A DNA stretch of 64,000 nt from Macrostomum lignano (lineage: Eukaryota). This document shows, piece by piece, positions 24,101 to 36,930 of the stretch (position 1 is the stretch's first letter; each line of letters starts with the position of its first letter). The translations under genes were made by a program, and so were the position numbers. The stretch is taken from positions 62,001 to 126,000 of the forward strand of contig NIVC01001209.1 in NCBI GenBank assembly GCA_002269645.1, read 5' to 3'. A model generated the notes under the pieces. That model saw only the letters and a program-made list of their open reading frames with translations. It searched no databases and was not told the origin of the DNA.

Positions 24101-27100
24101 GGAATAGATTCGGAATGGGTTCGGAATAGATTCGGAATAGATTCGGAATGGATTCGGAATAGATTCGGAATGGATTCGGAAATATTCGGAATAGATTCGG
24201 AAATATTCGGAATAGATTGGGAAATATTCGGAATAGATTCGCAATAGATTCGGAATAGATTCGGAATAGATTCGGAATAGATTCGGAATAGATTCGGAAT
24301 ATATTCGGAATGGATTCGGAATAGATTAGGAATAGATTTGGAATAGATTTGGAATATATTCGGAATGGATTCGGAATAGATTCGGAATAGATTTGGAAAC
24401 ATTTGAAATTTCGAAATATCGAACATAGACCCTCCCAATCTCACCGAGCATAGTGAGCACGGAAGACACCAGCAGCAGACAGAATGTTGGAGACTTCAGT
24501 ATTGACACATCCAGCATCTGCTTAATAGCGGACTTGGCCGGAGCGGCAGGCCTACCGGCATCTGGCGGAATGCTAGTGACCGATCGATAATACTCTCTAG
24601 TGCCAGCCACGCTCATCTTGCTCCTGGTGTACTCATTCAACTGGTGCAGGGAGCCGCTATGGAATACGTCCTTCCTATTCATAGGCCTGAGCATCTCTCT
24701 GAGCACAGATTTTGTTATAGCTTCTCGAACTTCCTCCGTGACAGCCAGCTGGTGTTGCCCAGCAACATCGTCCGGACCAGTTGAGCACCGGTGCAAATCC
24801 ACTCCGGAAACGAATCTGGAGTGCTCGGGCGATTGCGGCTCCGAGCTGACCGATAACTGCTGCTGCCGCTGCGGCTGCTCCATGGACGGCGAATTATTCA
24901 AAGACGTCTGACTTTGCGAATAGTCGCGTACGAGCTGCGGCACGCTGCTCTTCATTGCGGCGGCGTTGCCAGGGGTCGCAGCAGCGGTGGCGGCTGAATT
25001 ATTCGTTGCCGCGGTAGCCGCGGCCGCTGAGTTCGCCGCGGCGGCTGCGGCGGCGGCATTCGAGTCGTTCAAGGCTGCGCTGCTGCGATTGGCAAGGCGG
25101 CGAGAGGCGTTGGTCTTCCTGCGCAGGACGGTCTCGGCGATGCGGTGCAGCGCGTCCGAGCTCATCACTGGCTGGTCGTCGAAGTCGGGCGGCGGCGGCT
25201 CAACCCGATTAGCCGTGGTGATGATCCAGCCATTTAGGGAGCCCTGGGGGAGTCCGGAGTGATGCAATTGGGATTACTGCTATCTATATTCGAATGCTTG
25301 GTAACGATGTACGGATATTTGCGATAAGTCCAAAAATAGTTATGCCAAAGGCGATTCCTAGAAAGCAATTATGCCAATAGGCTGTTTCATAGAAACACTA
25401 TTATACCCAATTTGTTGTTTCCTGGAAACAATAATACCAAGAGTCTGTTTCCTAGAAACATGAATACAGCCAATAGACTGTGTTCCTAGAAACACGAATA
25501 CAGCCAATAGACTGTGTTCCTAGAAACACGAATACAGCCAATAGACTGTGTTCCTAGAAACACGAATACAGCCAATAGACTGTTTCCTAGAAACATGAAT
25601 ACAGCCAATAGACTGTGTTCCTAGAAACACGAATACAGCCAATAGACTGTTTCCTAGAAACACGAATACAGCCAATAGACTGTGTTCCTAGAAACACGAA
25701 TACAGCCAATAGACTGTGTTCCTAGAAACACGAATACAGCCAATAGACTGTGTTCCTAGAAACACGAATATAACCAATAGACTGTTCCTAGAAACACGAT
25801 GATAACAAAGTCTGTTTCCTAGCAACGTAAATATCCGAATATACTAATTCCTAGAAATAAATATAACCAATACTCCAATAGTCTGTTTACTATAAGAATA
25901 ATAATAATTATTGATTACACCTGCCCCAATTAGGCCAGACGTGCAACCGACAGCTCAGCCGCAGCTATTGCGCGGCGCATCTGAAGGCTGCGTACGGCTG
26001 TTCAGTCCATGGACTGGGCGGTCGCCACACACACCCTCAATTACACACACCCTCGTACCCCGGCTAATGCTGGCACCCATTTTACAGCTAGATGAACTGA
26101 AGCAATGCAGAGTTAAGTGTCTTTTTCAAGGACACCAACTGTTCCAGTGGGATCAGAAATCGAACCCCCGACCTTCAAGTCGTGAGTCGACGTTCTAACC
26201 ACCAAGACAACAACCACTAGAAACACAAATATCCTACCACAGAGATTCCTAGAAACACAAATATCCTACCACACAGAACTAATTCAAAGTCTTAGAAAAA
26301 AATATATATTCATAAGTGGAAGCCGCTAATGAAAAAACGGACTATCATTCTTCAAACTCACCTGACTAACATTCCGCTCTCGCTTTTTATTCTCAATCAA
26401 TTTCTTCATTATATTGCCTTTAACCCGAGGCTTCCCCTTAGCGATGCGGCGCTTCTCTCTCAGACTTAAAATTTCGTAGTAGCGCTCCAACGGCATCATG
26501 AAGCTGCCGGCTAGGGCGCAGTTAAGCACCAGTGCCGACAGGATCATAAGCGTACCGCGCCAAGAGAAGTGCTCAATTGTCCGATCGATTAGCACCGAAA
26601 ATATTGCGGTGCCGATGCCGCTGCCGCACACGGCGATGCCGGTGGCGAAAGCTCGCCGACTTTCGAACCAGAAGCCAACGGTGACCACGGCGGGCAGGTA
26701 CACTAGGCCGAAGCTGATACCTGCGAGAGGGGGGCGGGACAGAGTGAGAGGGGGTAGGAGAGGCAGAGGCTGATAGAGAGGAGGGAGATAGCAGTAGAGG
26801 GCGGTAGAGAGGGCGGAAGATGGCAGGAGAAAGGGCGGAATATGAAAGTAGAGGACGGTAGAGAGGGCGGAAGATGGCAGTAGATGGCGGTAGAGAGGGC
26901 GGAAGATGGCAGAAGAAAGGGCGGAAGATGAAAGTAGAGGGCGGTAGAGAGGGCGGAATATGGCAGTAGATGGCAGGAGAAAGGGCGGAAGATGGCAGTA
27001 GAGGGCGGCAGAGAGGGCGGAAGATGGCAGGAGAAAGGGCGGAAGATAAAAGTAGAGGGCGGTAGAGAGGGCGGAAGATGGCAATAGAGGGCAGCAGAGA

Positions 27101-30100
27101 GGGCGGAAGATGGCAGTAGAGGGCGGAAGAGAGGGAAGAAGATGGCAGTAGAGGTCAGAAGATGGCAGTAGAGGGCAGCAGAGAGGGCGGAAGATGGCAG
27201 TAGAGGGCGGAAGAGAGGGCGGAAGATGGCAGTAGGGGCGACAGAGAGGGCGGAAGATGACAGTAGAGGGCGGAAGATGGCAGTAGAGGAGGGCGGAAGA
27301 GAGGGCGGAAAATGGCAATAGAGGGCGGGAGATGGCAGTAGAGGGCGGAAGAGAGGGCGGAAGATGGCAGTAGGGGGCGACAGAGAGGGCGGAAGATGAC
27401 AGTAGAGGGCGGAAGATGGCAGTAGAGGGCGGAAGAGAGGGCGGAAGATGGCAATAGAGAGCGGGAGAGGGCGGGAGATGGCAGTAGAGGAGGGCGGAAG
27501 AGAGGGCGGAAGATGGCAATAGAGGGCGAGAGAGGGCGGGAGATGGCAGTAGAGGGCGGTAGAAGGGGTGGGACGCCAGAGAGACTGGATGAAGGGAATA
27601 GATTTCCCAACAATAACAATAGATAATTACTATTACACTAACAGATGACAGGTTAATAAAGTTCGAGTAGAACTTTTTTCAGCCCACTAACAGGCCAGCT
27701 TAACCTCTTAATTCGGCCATATTAAGCAACAACAAAAAATTACGCAATTGATTACGTTTTAGTTGGACAAATTGAACTGTCTAAGAGTTTACGGTTTGCC
27801 GTATGCAAAATGCTGCGATATGATAGACGTGGCACTAAACATTTCTTATAAAGGTGCAGCCCGAGAGGCCACTAGCGCGCTGCCAACACAACAGTGAAAT
27901 GTTGAAAAGCAGAACTGATGTTTATCAAGTAAGTCAGCCTATAAAGTTACCTGGAGTTGCAATGCGATACCTAGCTAACTATAACTTAATTTGGATATGG
28001 TAGCAACACATCTGTCTCCACAGTCTGTACACGGACTGACTGGAAAGCCTCCATGCAGTCTGCAAGCCGTAGCATAACAGCCCCACACCAAATTGAATTC
28101 TAATGTATTATCTATACTGAACCTAAAGCTTTAATGATTGTAAACTGATTTTATTGATATAATAATCATTATTACATTACTGACAGGTGTCAACAGATGC
28201 GTGTACCGACGTTTACCCATCAACATGCATCAATTTATAGAAATTTTAATGAAAAAATACACTTATCTTTATAACTCACCTCCTAGTACCCCGAATATAG
28301 CAACAAATGCGTAGAAGTTTGTAAGATAAGAGGCTATGAAGAATGACAAGCAGGCCAATACTGAGCCAGCCATAACCACTGGCCTGGAGCCAAATGTGTT
28401 TGCCAGAGCCGAGCTGATGGGACCTGCGGGTGAGAAAGGAGCAAGCATTCATATGTACTTCTTCTTCTTACAATTAACAATGATCTTAATTCCCATTCAT
28501 AGAATGATCTAGTTCCCATTCATAGAATGATCTAGTTCCCATTCATAGAATGATCTAGTTCCCATTCATAGAATGATCTAGTTCCCATTCATAGAATGAT
28601 CTAGTTCCCATTCATAGAATGATCTAGCTCCCATTCATAGAATGATCTAGTTCCCATTCATAGAATGATCTAGTTCCCATTCATAGAATGATCTAGTTCC
28701 CATTCATAGAATGATCTAGTTCCCATTCATAGAATGATCTAGCTCCCATTCATAGAATGATCTAGTTCCCATTCATAGAATGATCTAGTTCCCATTCATA
28801 GAATGATCTAGTTCCCATTCATAGAATGATCTAGCTCCCATTCATAGAATGATCTAGTTCCCATTCATAGAATGATCTAGCTCTCATTCATAGAATGATC
28901 TAGTTCCCATTCATAGAATGATCTAGCTCTCATTCATAGAATGATCTAGTTCCCATTCATAGAATGATCTAGTTCCCATTCATAGAATGATCTAGTTCCC
29001 ATTCATAGAATGATCTAGTTCCCATTCATAGAATGATCTAGTTCCCATTCATAGAATGATCTAGTTCCCATTCATAGAATGATCTAGTTCCCATTCATAG
29101 AATGATCTAGCTCCCATTCATAGAATGATCTAGTTCCCATTCATAGAATGATCTAGCTCCCATTCATAGAATGATCTAGTTCCCATTCATAGAATGATCT
29201 AGCTCCCATTCATAGAATGATCTAGTTCCCATTCATAGAATGATCTAGCTCTCATTCATAGAATGATCTAGTTCCCATTCATAGAATGATCTAGTTCCCA
29301 TTCATAGAATGATCTAGTTCCCATTCATAGAATGATCTAGTTCCCATTCATAGAATGATCTAGTTCCCATTCATAGAATGATCTAGTTCCCATTCATAGA
29401 ATGATCTAGTTCCCATTCATAGAATGATCTAGTTCCCATTCATAGAATGATCTAGTTCCCATTCATAGAATGATCTAGTTCCCATTCATAGAATGATCTA
29501 GTTCCCATTCATAGAATGATCTAGCTCCCATTCATAGAATGATCTAGTTCCCATTCATAGAATGATCTAGTTCCCATTCATAGAATGATCTAGCTCCCAT
29601 TCATAGAATGATCTAGTTCCCATTCATAGAATGATCTAGCTCCCATTCATAGAATGATCTAGCTCCCATTCATAGAATGATCTAGTTCCCATTCATAGAA
29701 TGATCTAGCTCCCATTCATAGAATGATCTAGTTCCCATTCATAGAATGATCTAGTTCCCATTCATAGAATGATCTAGTTCCCATTCATAGAATGATCTAG
29801 TTCCCATTCATAGAATGATCTAGTTCCCATTCATAGAATGATCTAGTTCCCATTCATAGAATGATCTAGTTCCCATTCATAGAATGATCTAGTTCCCATT
29901 CATAGAATGATCTAGCTCCCATTCATAGAATGATCTAGTTCCCATTCATAGAATGATCTAGTTCCCATGCATAGAATGATCTAGTTCCCATTCATAGAAT
30001 GATCTAGTTCCCATTCATAGAATGATCTAGTTCCCATTCATAGAATGATCTAGTTCCCATTCATAGAATGATCTAGTTCCCATTCATAGAATGATCTAGT

Positions 30101-33100
30101 TCCCATTCATAGAATGATCTAGTTCCCATTCATATAATGATCTAGTTCCCATTCATAGAATGATCTAGTTCCCATTCATAGAATGATCTAGTTCCCATTC
30201 ATAGAATGATCTAGTTCCCATTCATAGAATGATCTAGTTCCCATTCATAGAATGATCTAGTTCCCATTCATAGAATGATCTAGCTCCCATTCATAGAATG
30301 ATCTAGTTCCCATTCATAGAATGATCTAGTTCCCATGCATAGAATGATCTAGTTCCCATTCATAGAATGATCTAGTTTCCATTCATAGAATGATCTAGTT
30401 CCCATTCATAGAATGATCTAGTTCCCATTCATAGAATGATCTAGTTCCCATTCATAGAATGATCTAGTTCCCATTCATAGAATGATCTAGTTCCCATTCA
30501 TAGAATGATCTAGTTCCCATTCATAGAATGATCTAGTTCCCATTCATAGAATGATCTAGTTCCCATTCATAGAATGATCTAGTTCCCATTCATAGAATGA
30601 TCTAGTTCCCATTCATAGAATGATCTAGTTCCCATTCATAGAATGATCTAGCTCCCATTCATAGAATGATCTAGTTCCCATTCATAGAATGATCTAGTTC
30701 CCATTCATAGAATGATCTAGTTCCCATTCATAGAATGATCTAGTTCCCATTCATAGAATGATCTAGCTCTCATTCATATAATGATCTAGTTCCCATTCAT
30801 AGAATGATCTAGTTCCCATTCATAGAATGATCTAGTTCCCATTCATAGAATGATCTAGTTCCCATTCATAGAATGATCTAGTTCCCATTCATAGAATGAT
30901 CTAGTTCCCATTCATAGAATGATCTAGTTCCCATTCATAGAATGATCTAGTTCCCATTCATAGAATGATCTAGTTCCCATGCATAGAATGATCTAGTTTC
31001 CATTCATAGAATGATCTAGTTTCCATTCATAGAATGATCTAGTTCCCATTCATAGAATGATCTAGTTTCCATTCATAGAATGATCTAGTTTCCATTCATA
31101 GAATGATCTAGTTTCCATTCATAGAATGATCTAGTTCCCATTCATAGAATGATCTAGTTCCCATTCATAGAATGATCTAGTTCCCATGCATAGAATGATC
31201 TAGTTCCCATTCATAGAATGATCTAGTTCCCATTCATAGAATGATCTAGTTCCCATGCATAGAATGATCTAGTTCCCATTCGCTTACTGTACTTACTTAT
31301 AGACTAATTTTATGAGTTTATAAAAGCCGGGACAGATGAGGTCAAAAATATTTTTTACCTAACTAAGCACCAGAATCCGTATGCCAAGGTGCTCCTAACT
31401 CGCACCCGTTTTCATAGACAAATAGGAATAAAAGTGAAGAAAAATATTCAGCCAGGAAAATGGTTCTTGGGTACAGTTTCAGTTCATGTTCTTTAGAGTG
31501 CGATGCAGGCACTGCGTGCGACACAGTTTGCTAGTTTTTTCATCTCCTCACTAGTACCGACTCCTGCACAGCAACTATATCTGCGCACACTGCTGGAAAT
31601 GTCACGCTGCATTTCCTACCATCCAAGTAGCGCCTCCATTATACTCGTACATTTAGAAGGAAAAACAAATATTAAAATCATAAATTGCCACACTGCTTAA
31701 AAACTTGCTTTTTTCAAGCACAAATGCAGCTAGAAATAGAATATCTGCATTAGTTCAAAAACAAAGGCTTGAGCTTGGTGTTATTTACCCTTGAATCTAC
31801 ATAAACCGATTATTCATATTTAAACATAAATTCCGAAAAATTGCTGACATAAGGCTAAAAAACACTTCACAAATCGAAAAAAATCAACTGTTCTTTAAGA
31901 TAAGTACTCTCCATTGAATTCTCCTTTTCATGGAAATCTCCTCATCGTGGAATTCTTCTCTCCATGGAACTTTCCTCTGTAAACCTATTTTCCTCTATTC
32001 CTATGTAAACTGTAACTTTACTGTAAACTGTAACTGCTAAACAGTGACTACTGTAAACTGTAACTCTACTGTAACTATAACTACTGTAAACTGTAACTAC
32101 TTTAAACTGTAACTGTAACTTAACAGTGACTACTGTAAACTGTAACTCTACTGTAAACTATAACTACTGTAAACTAACTCTACTCTAAACTGTAACTCTA
32201 CTGTAAACTAACTCTACTGTAAACTGTAACTCTGTAAACTATACTGTAAACTATAACTACTGTAAACTGTAACTATACTGTAAACTATAACTACTGTAAA
32301 CTGTAACTCTACTGTAAACTGTAACTATACTGTAAACTGTAACTATACTGTTAACTGTAACTATACTGTAAACTGTAACTATACTGTAAACTGTAACTAT
32401 ACTGTAAACTGTAACTATACTGTAAACTGTAACTATACTGTAAACTGTAACTATACTGTAAACTGTAACTATACTGTAAACTGTAACTATACTGTAAACT
32501 GTAACTATACTGTAAACTGTAACTATACTGTAAACTATAACTACTGTAAACTGTAACTCTACTGTAAACTGTAACTATACTGTAAACTGTAACTATACTG
32601 TAAACTGTAACTATACTGTAAACTGTAACTATACTGTAAACTATAACTACTGTAAACTGTAACTATACTGTAAACTGTAACTATACTGTAAACTGTAACT
32701 ATACTGTAAACTGTAACTATACTGTAAACTGTAACTATACTGTAAACTGTAACTATACTGTTAACTGTAACTATACTGTAAACTGTAACTATACTGTAAA
32801 CTGTAACTATACTGTAAACTGTAACTATACTGTAAACTGTAACTATACTGTAAACTGTAACTATACTGTAAACTGTAACTATACTGTAAACTGTAACTAT
32901 ACTGTAAACTGTAACTATACTGTAAACTGTAACTATACTGTAAACTGTAACTATACTGTAAACTGTAACTATACTGTAAACTGTAACTATACTGTAAACT
33001 GTAACTATACTGTAAACTGTAACTATACTGTAAACTGTAACTATACTGTAAACTGTAACTATACTGTAAACTGTAACTATACTGTAAACTGTAACTATAC

Positions 33101-33817
33101 TGTAAACTGTAACTATACTGTAAACTGTAACTATACTGTAAACTGTAACTATACTGTAAACTGTAACTATACTGTAAACTGTAACTATACTGTAAACTGT
33201 AACTATACTGTTAACTGTAACTATACTGTAAACTGTAACTATACTGTAAACTGTAACTATACTGTAAACTGTAACTATACTGTAAACTGTAACTATACTG
33301 TAAACTGTAACTATACTGTAAACTGTAACTATACTGTTAACTGTAACTATACTGTAAACTGTAACTATACTGTTAACTGTAACTATACTGTAAACTGTAA
33401 CTATACTGTTAACTGTAACTATACTGTTAACTGTAACTACTAAACAGTGACTACTGTAAACTGTAACTATACTGTAAACTATAACTACTGTAAACTGTAA
33501 CTACTGTAAACAGTAACTGTAAACTCACCCATGAGCAGGTAGGCGCCGGTCAGGCTTGAGCCGGCAAAGGACAGCTGAGAGTCGGACGCGCCAACAAAGG
33601 AAGTGGCGATGTGGTCGCGCATGACGCCAAACGAGAAGCAGAAGCCGTCAACTAAAGCGTTGCACAGGAAAGAGCCGAGCACGATTAGCCAGGCGTAGCC
33701 TTTGTCAGGCGGATTTGGCGGAGACAGCTGGACTTCTTCTTTTGAAGGCAGCAAATTTGAGCACACTTGCGGCTGCTCCTGCTCCGCCTGAGCAATAGCG
33801 TCTCCTTCTTCCACCAT
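18138..33817 (-). CDS. Monocarboxylate transporter, SLC16/MCT family (MFS, 12 TM, large central loop), about 812 aa
   Basis: Exons (minus) 33817-33529, 28423-28280, 26720-26362, 25243-24445, 23374-23252, 21212-21066, 18715-18138. Phases 1,1,0,1,1,1 join to 2439 nt = 813 codons. Motifs: PPDKGYAWLIVLGSFL, GPISSALANTFGSR, GLVYLPAVVTVGFWFESRRAFATGIAVCGSGIG, RKDVFHSGSL, IGVANTVGRIVAGWASDR, VVELMGLDRLTNAYGLLLLFQGVG. The acceptor at 25244 is the least certain boundary, and an upstream exon is possible (AG at 33854-33853). Confidence 0.92.
18845..20930. repeat. Minisatellite, 33-bp unit TATCAAAGTATGTCAGACTGTCTAATGTTAATC, MCT last intron
   Basis: About 60 copies; 11-aa periodic ORFs. Confidence 0.96.
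21230..23210. repeat. Minisatellite, 36-bp unit GCTGGGATCTGGGACTTCAGGGACTGGCTGCTTCTT, MCT intron
   Basis: About 54 copies; 12-aa periodic ORFs on both strands. Confidence 0.96.
23455..24410. repeat. Low-period satellite, ~11-bp ATAGATTCG(G/C)A units, MCT intron
   Basis: Fills nearly all of intron 24444-23375. Confidence 0.95.
25440..25810. repeat. Minisatellite, 32-34-bp unit ATACAGCCAATAGACTGTGTTCCTAGAAACACGA, MCT intron
   Basis: About 10 tandem copies. Confidence 0.92.
25895..26210 (-). mobile_element. tRNA-derived SINE with CORE-like central domain
   Basis: The minus strand starts with an A-box-like TGGTGGTTAGAACG and a B-box GGTTCGATTTC (plus 26156-26166). Plus 26076-26135 CCCATTTACAGCTAGATGAACTGAAGCAATGCAGAGTTAAGTGTCTTTTTCAAGGACAC resembles the reverse complement of the MIR/CORE domain as recalled. 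(ATT)n tail near 25897-25908. Confidence 0.7.
26725..27560. repeat. GA-rich minisatellite, ~22-bp GAGGGCGGAAGATGGCAGTAGA units, directly upstream of an MCT 3' splice site
   Basis: Tandem degenerate units, pyrimidine-rich on the sense (minus) strand. Confidence 0.93.
28490..31280. repeat. Minisatellite, 23-bp unit CCCATTCATAGAATGATCTAGTT, MCT first intron
   Basis: About 120 highly homogeneous copies. Confidence 0.97.
32020..33520. repeat. Minisatellite, 18-bp unit ACTGTAAACTGTAACTAT, abutting the MCT exon-1 donor
   Basis: About 80 copies, homogeneous core and degenerate edges. Confidence 0.97.
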
Positions 33818-36717
33818 CTTGTGCGTGTTTGTCTTGAGCGATTTGCTTAAAACTAACAGACCGCGAGAGGGCCGCTGTGCAGTAATAGGTTGCAGCTGAA
33901 TTTAGCGGCTAAATATCATTAAGCAAAAAGGCGGGTGACTGAATATGCCTGTTTTTTTCTCTTTTTTAAGGCACCGTTAAGTGCTGCCTGCCCCAGCGCT
34001 ATGCGATCATCAAAATATTCTGGCATCCAATCCGGAAAGAGCCAAATCGAGAGACAGAGAAAGATAGAGAGAGAAATGTAGAGAGAAAGAAGAGGACGAA
34101 ATAAGTGACCTGAATGCGACTTAACAAATATAGAAACCGTTTCTGACACGTTTTCGATTCCTTAGATTTGAAACATTTACTTGGAAAGATTTATAGAGAG
34201 ACCCAGAAAAAGGACAAGAAAAGAACATGGTGCAAAGATCAAAAACAGTTCAAAAAAGAAAACAGAAAACAGTGGGCATAGTACTTTAGCCTTGCGCTGG
34301 CAAATTGGATTATAGAGAGCAAAATTTAAACACTGAACTTCATACTACTTACAATAGAAAAGTATGAATTGATTTATAGCAATAAGGAAAAATTTCCAAT
34401 GTAATTAAAATGACCTTTTATATCTGATAAAAAAATCTAATTATAGTTGCGAGTTTCACTTTAGACTACTGAGAAGAGTAGACAAATAAAGATTTGAGTT
34501 ATAAAACCTTTCACATAGCCCAAAAATGCTGCCATAATAGAAATGTTAGTGCACATAAGCAGTGGTAGGAGAAGTCATAATATGGCTATGCTGATTGATA
34601 AAGGCAAACAAGCCAAAAACTAACCTCAGTCCACTTGTGAGGTTTGACCCACTTTTAGTATCATATTACTGAATACAAGATAAAAAAGGTTTTATTTTAG
34701 CTATAGCTTTATTTTGCATTTGGATGCTTATATAACTAAGAGATAAGTAGCCAGAAAAAAATTCTTACATTTTTTTCATTAAATGCATTAGCATAAGATA
34801 GGAATAGATAAAAATATATTAAGTAGCATAGTATACTATATTATAAGATGGTATATCATATTTCTATTTATCTTCAGGTTTGGCAAAAAGTGACAAAAAT
34901 GGACTTGTAAATAATTTAGGGACTGTTATGAATGCCAATTTAAGCTCATAAAGTAGGGTTTCTAATTATCCCCTTGTTTATTCTCTCCTATCCTAAGTCC
35001 AATTCTAATTGCTTTCTTACCTAATCTAGCTTTCTAGTGTCACTATGAGCAGAATGACATATCATTTGTGTATATAGGTCACAGGCTCAATTTTATAAGC
35101 TTAAGTTTATATGCCTTTTTCTATAACTGCATAACTTTCTTGCTATACTTGCAATGCATTGCTACCTGCACTAGTTTAGTAATACTTGGCAAGAATGCTA
35201 TAGATAGAGAATTAGGACCTGTTGTTTCTAGCTAATATGGCTATAAGAATGCAGCTATGAATAGTATTCTTCAGATTGTCTACCTTTTCTCTCTTTCCTC
35301 TCTTCTTTTCTTACTTCTTTCTTTTCTCTATCTCCTTATTTCTTTGCTCATTTTTCTTTACTTTCTCTTCTTTTATCTCTTTCCTTTCTTCATTTTTATT
35401 CCTTTCTTCTTTCTCTTTTTTTTTCTCTTATACATTTTTCCTCTTTCTCTCTTTTTTTCTCTTTTCTTTCCCTTTCCTATTTTTTTTCATAACTGTTAAT
35501 TAAATAAAGTGACAAAATTTCCTGCTTCGCAAGATTTAATATAAGAGTAATGGCCATGTTAAGTTAAGTAGTTGGTTCCCAAGAAGATTAGATAATGGAA
35601 ACCTTTTGAATACTTTGTAGTCTAGCCTTTTTTGATAGTGGCAAACACCGGGCAACCTACTTATTGGTTTTAACAATATTTTCAACTCAAAGTTTAGATT
35701 GTATATTAGAATATACTAGGTCTAATGCCAGAAAAAATTATTAGACCTTGTTTGTACATTGGAACTAACAAAACAAATGTGTCATTGACAAAATGTTTCT
35801 ACTATGTCATGTATGCTAGGGTATATGCTATTATAAACTAAAAAATGGCAAGTACCTTTATTATACATTGGGAAATCCTGGCGTACATATAGCTTTCCAA
35901 AATATGTTGCTAAGTCCCTAACCCAAGGGATTTGAAAGCTTATATTATGAAAAGTAAAAATAGTCATCTTAATATTTGTTAGTGTTAATTGTTCTAGGCT
36001 TTCCCTGGATATCCTATTATCATTATTAATTAGTTATAGAGATTATAGAAAATAAAACATACAAACCTTAGAGATTTAGTATATTTAGATATAAAAATTC
36101 AAAGTTTCTAACCAACTTATCCCTTTGGGCCATAGATATTCCCAAGCATCAGTGCTATATCAAACAATAGAATTCCTGCATTTTTGTACCAATCTAAAAA
36201 AACTTCAAAACTTTGAATAATTGTTAAATATAATTACAAATTGCTAGACAAAAAAGCAAAAAGCAAAATTGTTAATTTTACTACTTTAATAACTTGGAGA
36301 ATATCCAAACATGCTAAAATCTGCTTTTTAGGTAGTGAAAGTGTGAAAAGCATCAAAAAATAGTTTATATTAAAAAAATTGAGGATACTAGAAAGGCATT
36401 GCTAGAGATAGAACAAAGTGCTTAATAGCTTAGAGAGTATCCAAACATGCTAAAAATAAAATCAGTTTCTTAGATGGAAAATAAATTAAGAAAAATGCCA
36501 TAAAATCATTGCTAGGCCTAGAGTCTAGGCATAGTTTTTTTATTTTATAAGCATTAGGCCCTAATCTTAAGTAGGCCCTAGGCTTAAATAAAACAGATTC
36601 GGATTTACAACTAGAATTACTAACACAATACAATTTATTATTTTATTACATTTTTATAGTTTAGGTTCATAGTTTTATAGGCCTTTTTAATTAATGTTTT
36701 AATTTAAGGCTAGCAAG

Positions 36718-36930
36718 CAAAAGTGCAACTAAGGGGGATAAGAAAGGGAAATTTGCCCTTCTTGGCCCTTAGGTGAAGACTTGATAAAAATCAACTAATT
36801 AAGAGGGGAGTTGGGGGACCAAGTGCATTTTTGCCAAAATACTAAGCCAGCCCCTTTGCCCCTCTTCTTGCCTTGGTCTTTACAATCTAGAATCTGCCCC
36901 CCTTTCAAAAAATTTCTGGTTGCTCCACTG
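36718..36930. mobile_element. Degenerate hAT-type MITE
   Basis: The right end read on the minus strand is CAGTGGAGCAACCAGAAATTTTTTGAAAGGGGG, similar to the end of the MITE at 52046. The left end CAAAAGTGCAACTAAGGGGG is a decayed counterpart. No TSD found. Confidence 0.35.

Noticed and set aside
18795-24444. Long periodic ORFs of 170-470 aa (LRR-like LSKYVRLSNVN, GSGTSG, IPNLFRIYSES)
   Set aside because: Translations of intronic minisatellites whose units lack stops in some frames; the period equals the DNA unit length.
28490-31280. Regular repeats resembling a CRISPR array
   Set aside because: Head-to-tail units with no unique spacers, no cas genes, eukaryotic intron context. The same applies to all other arrays.
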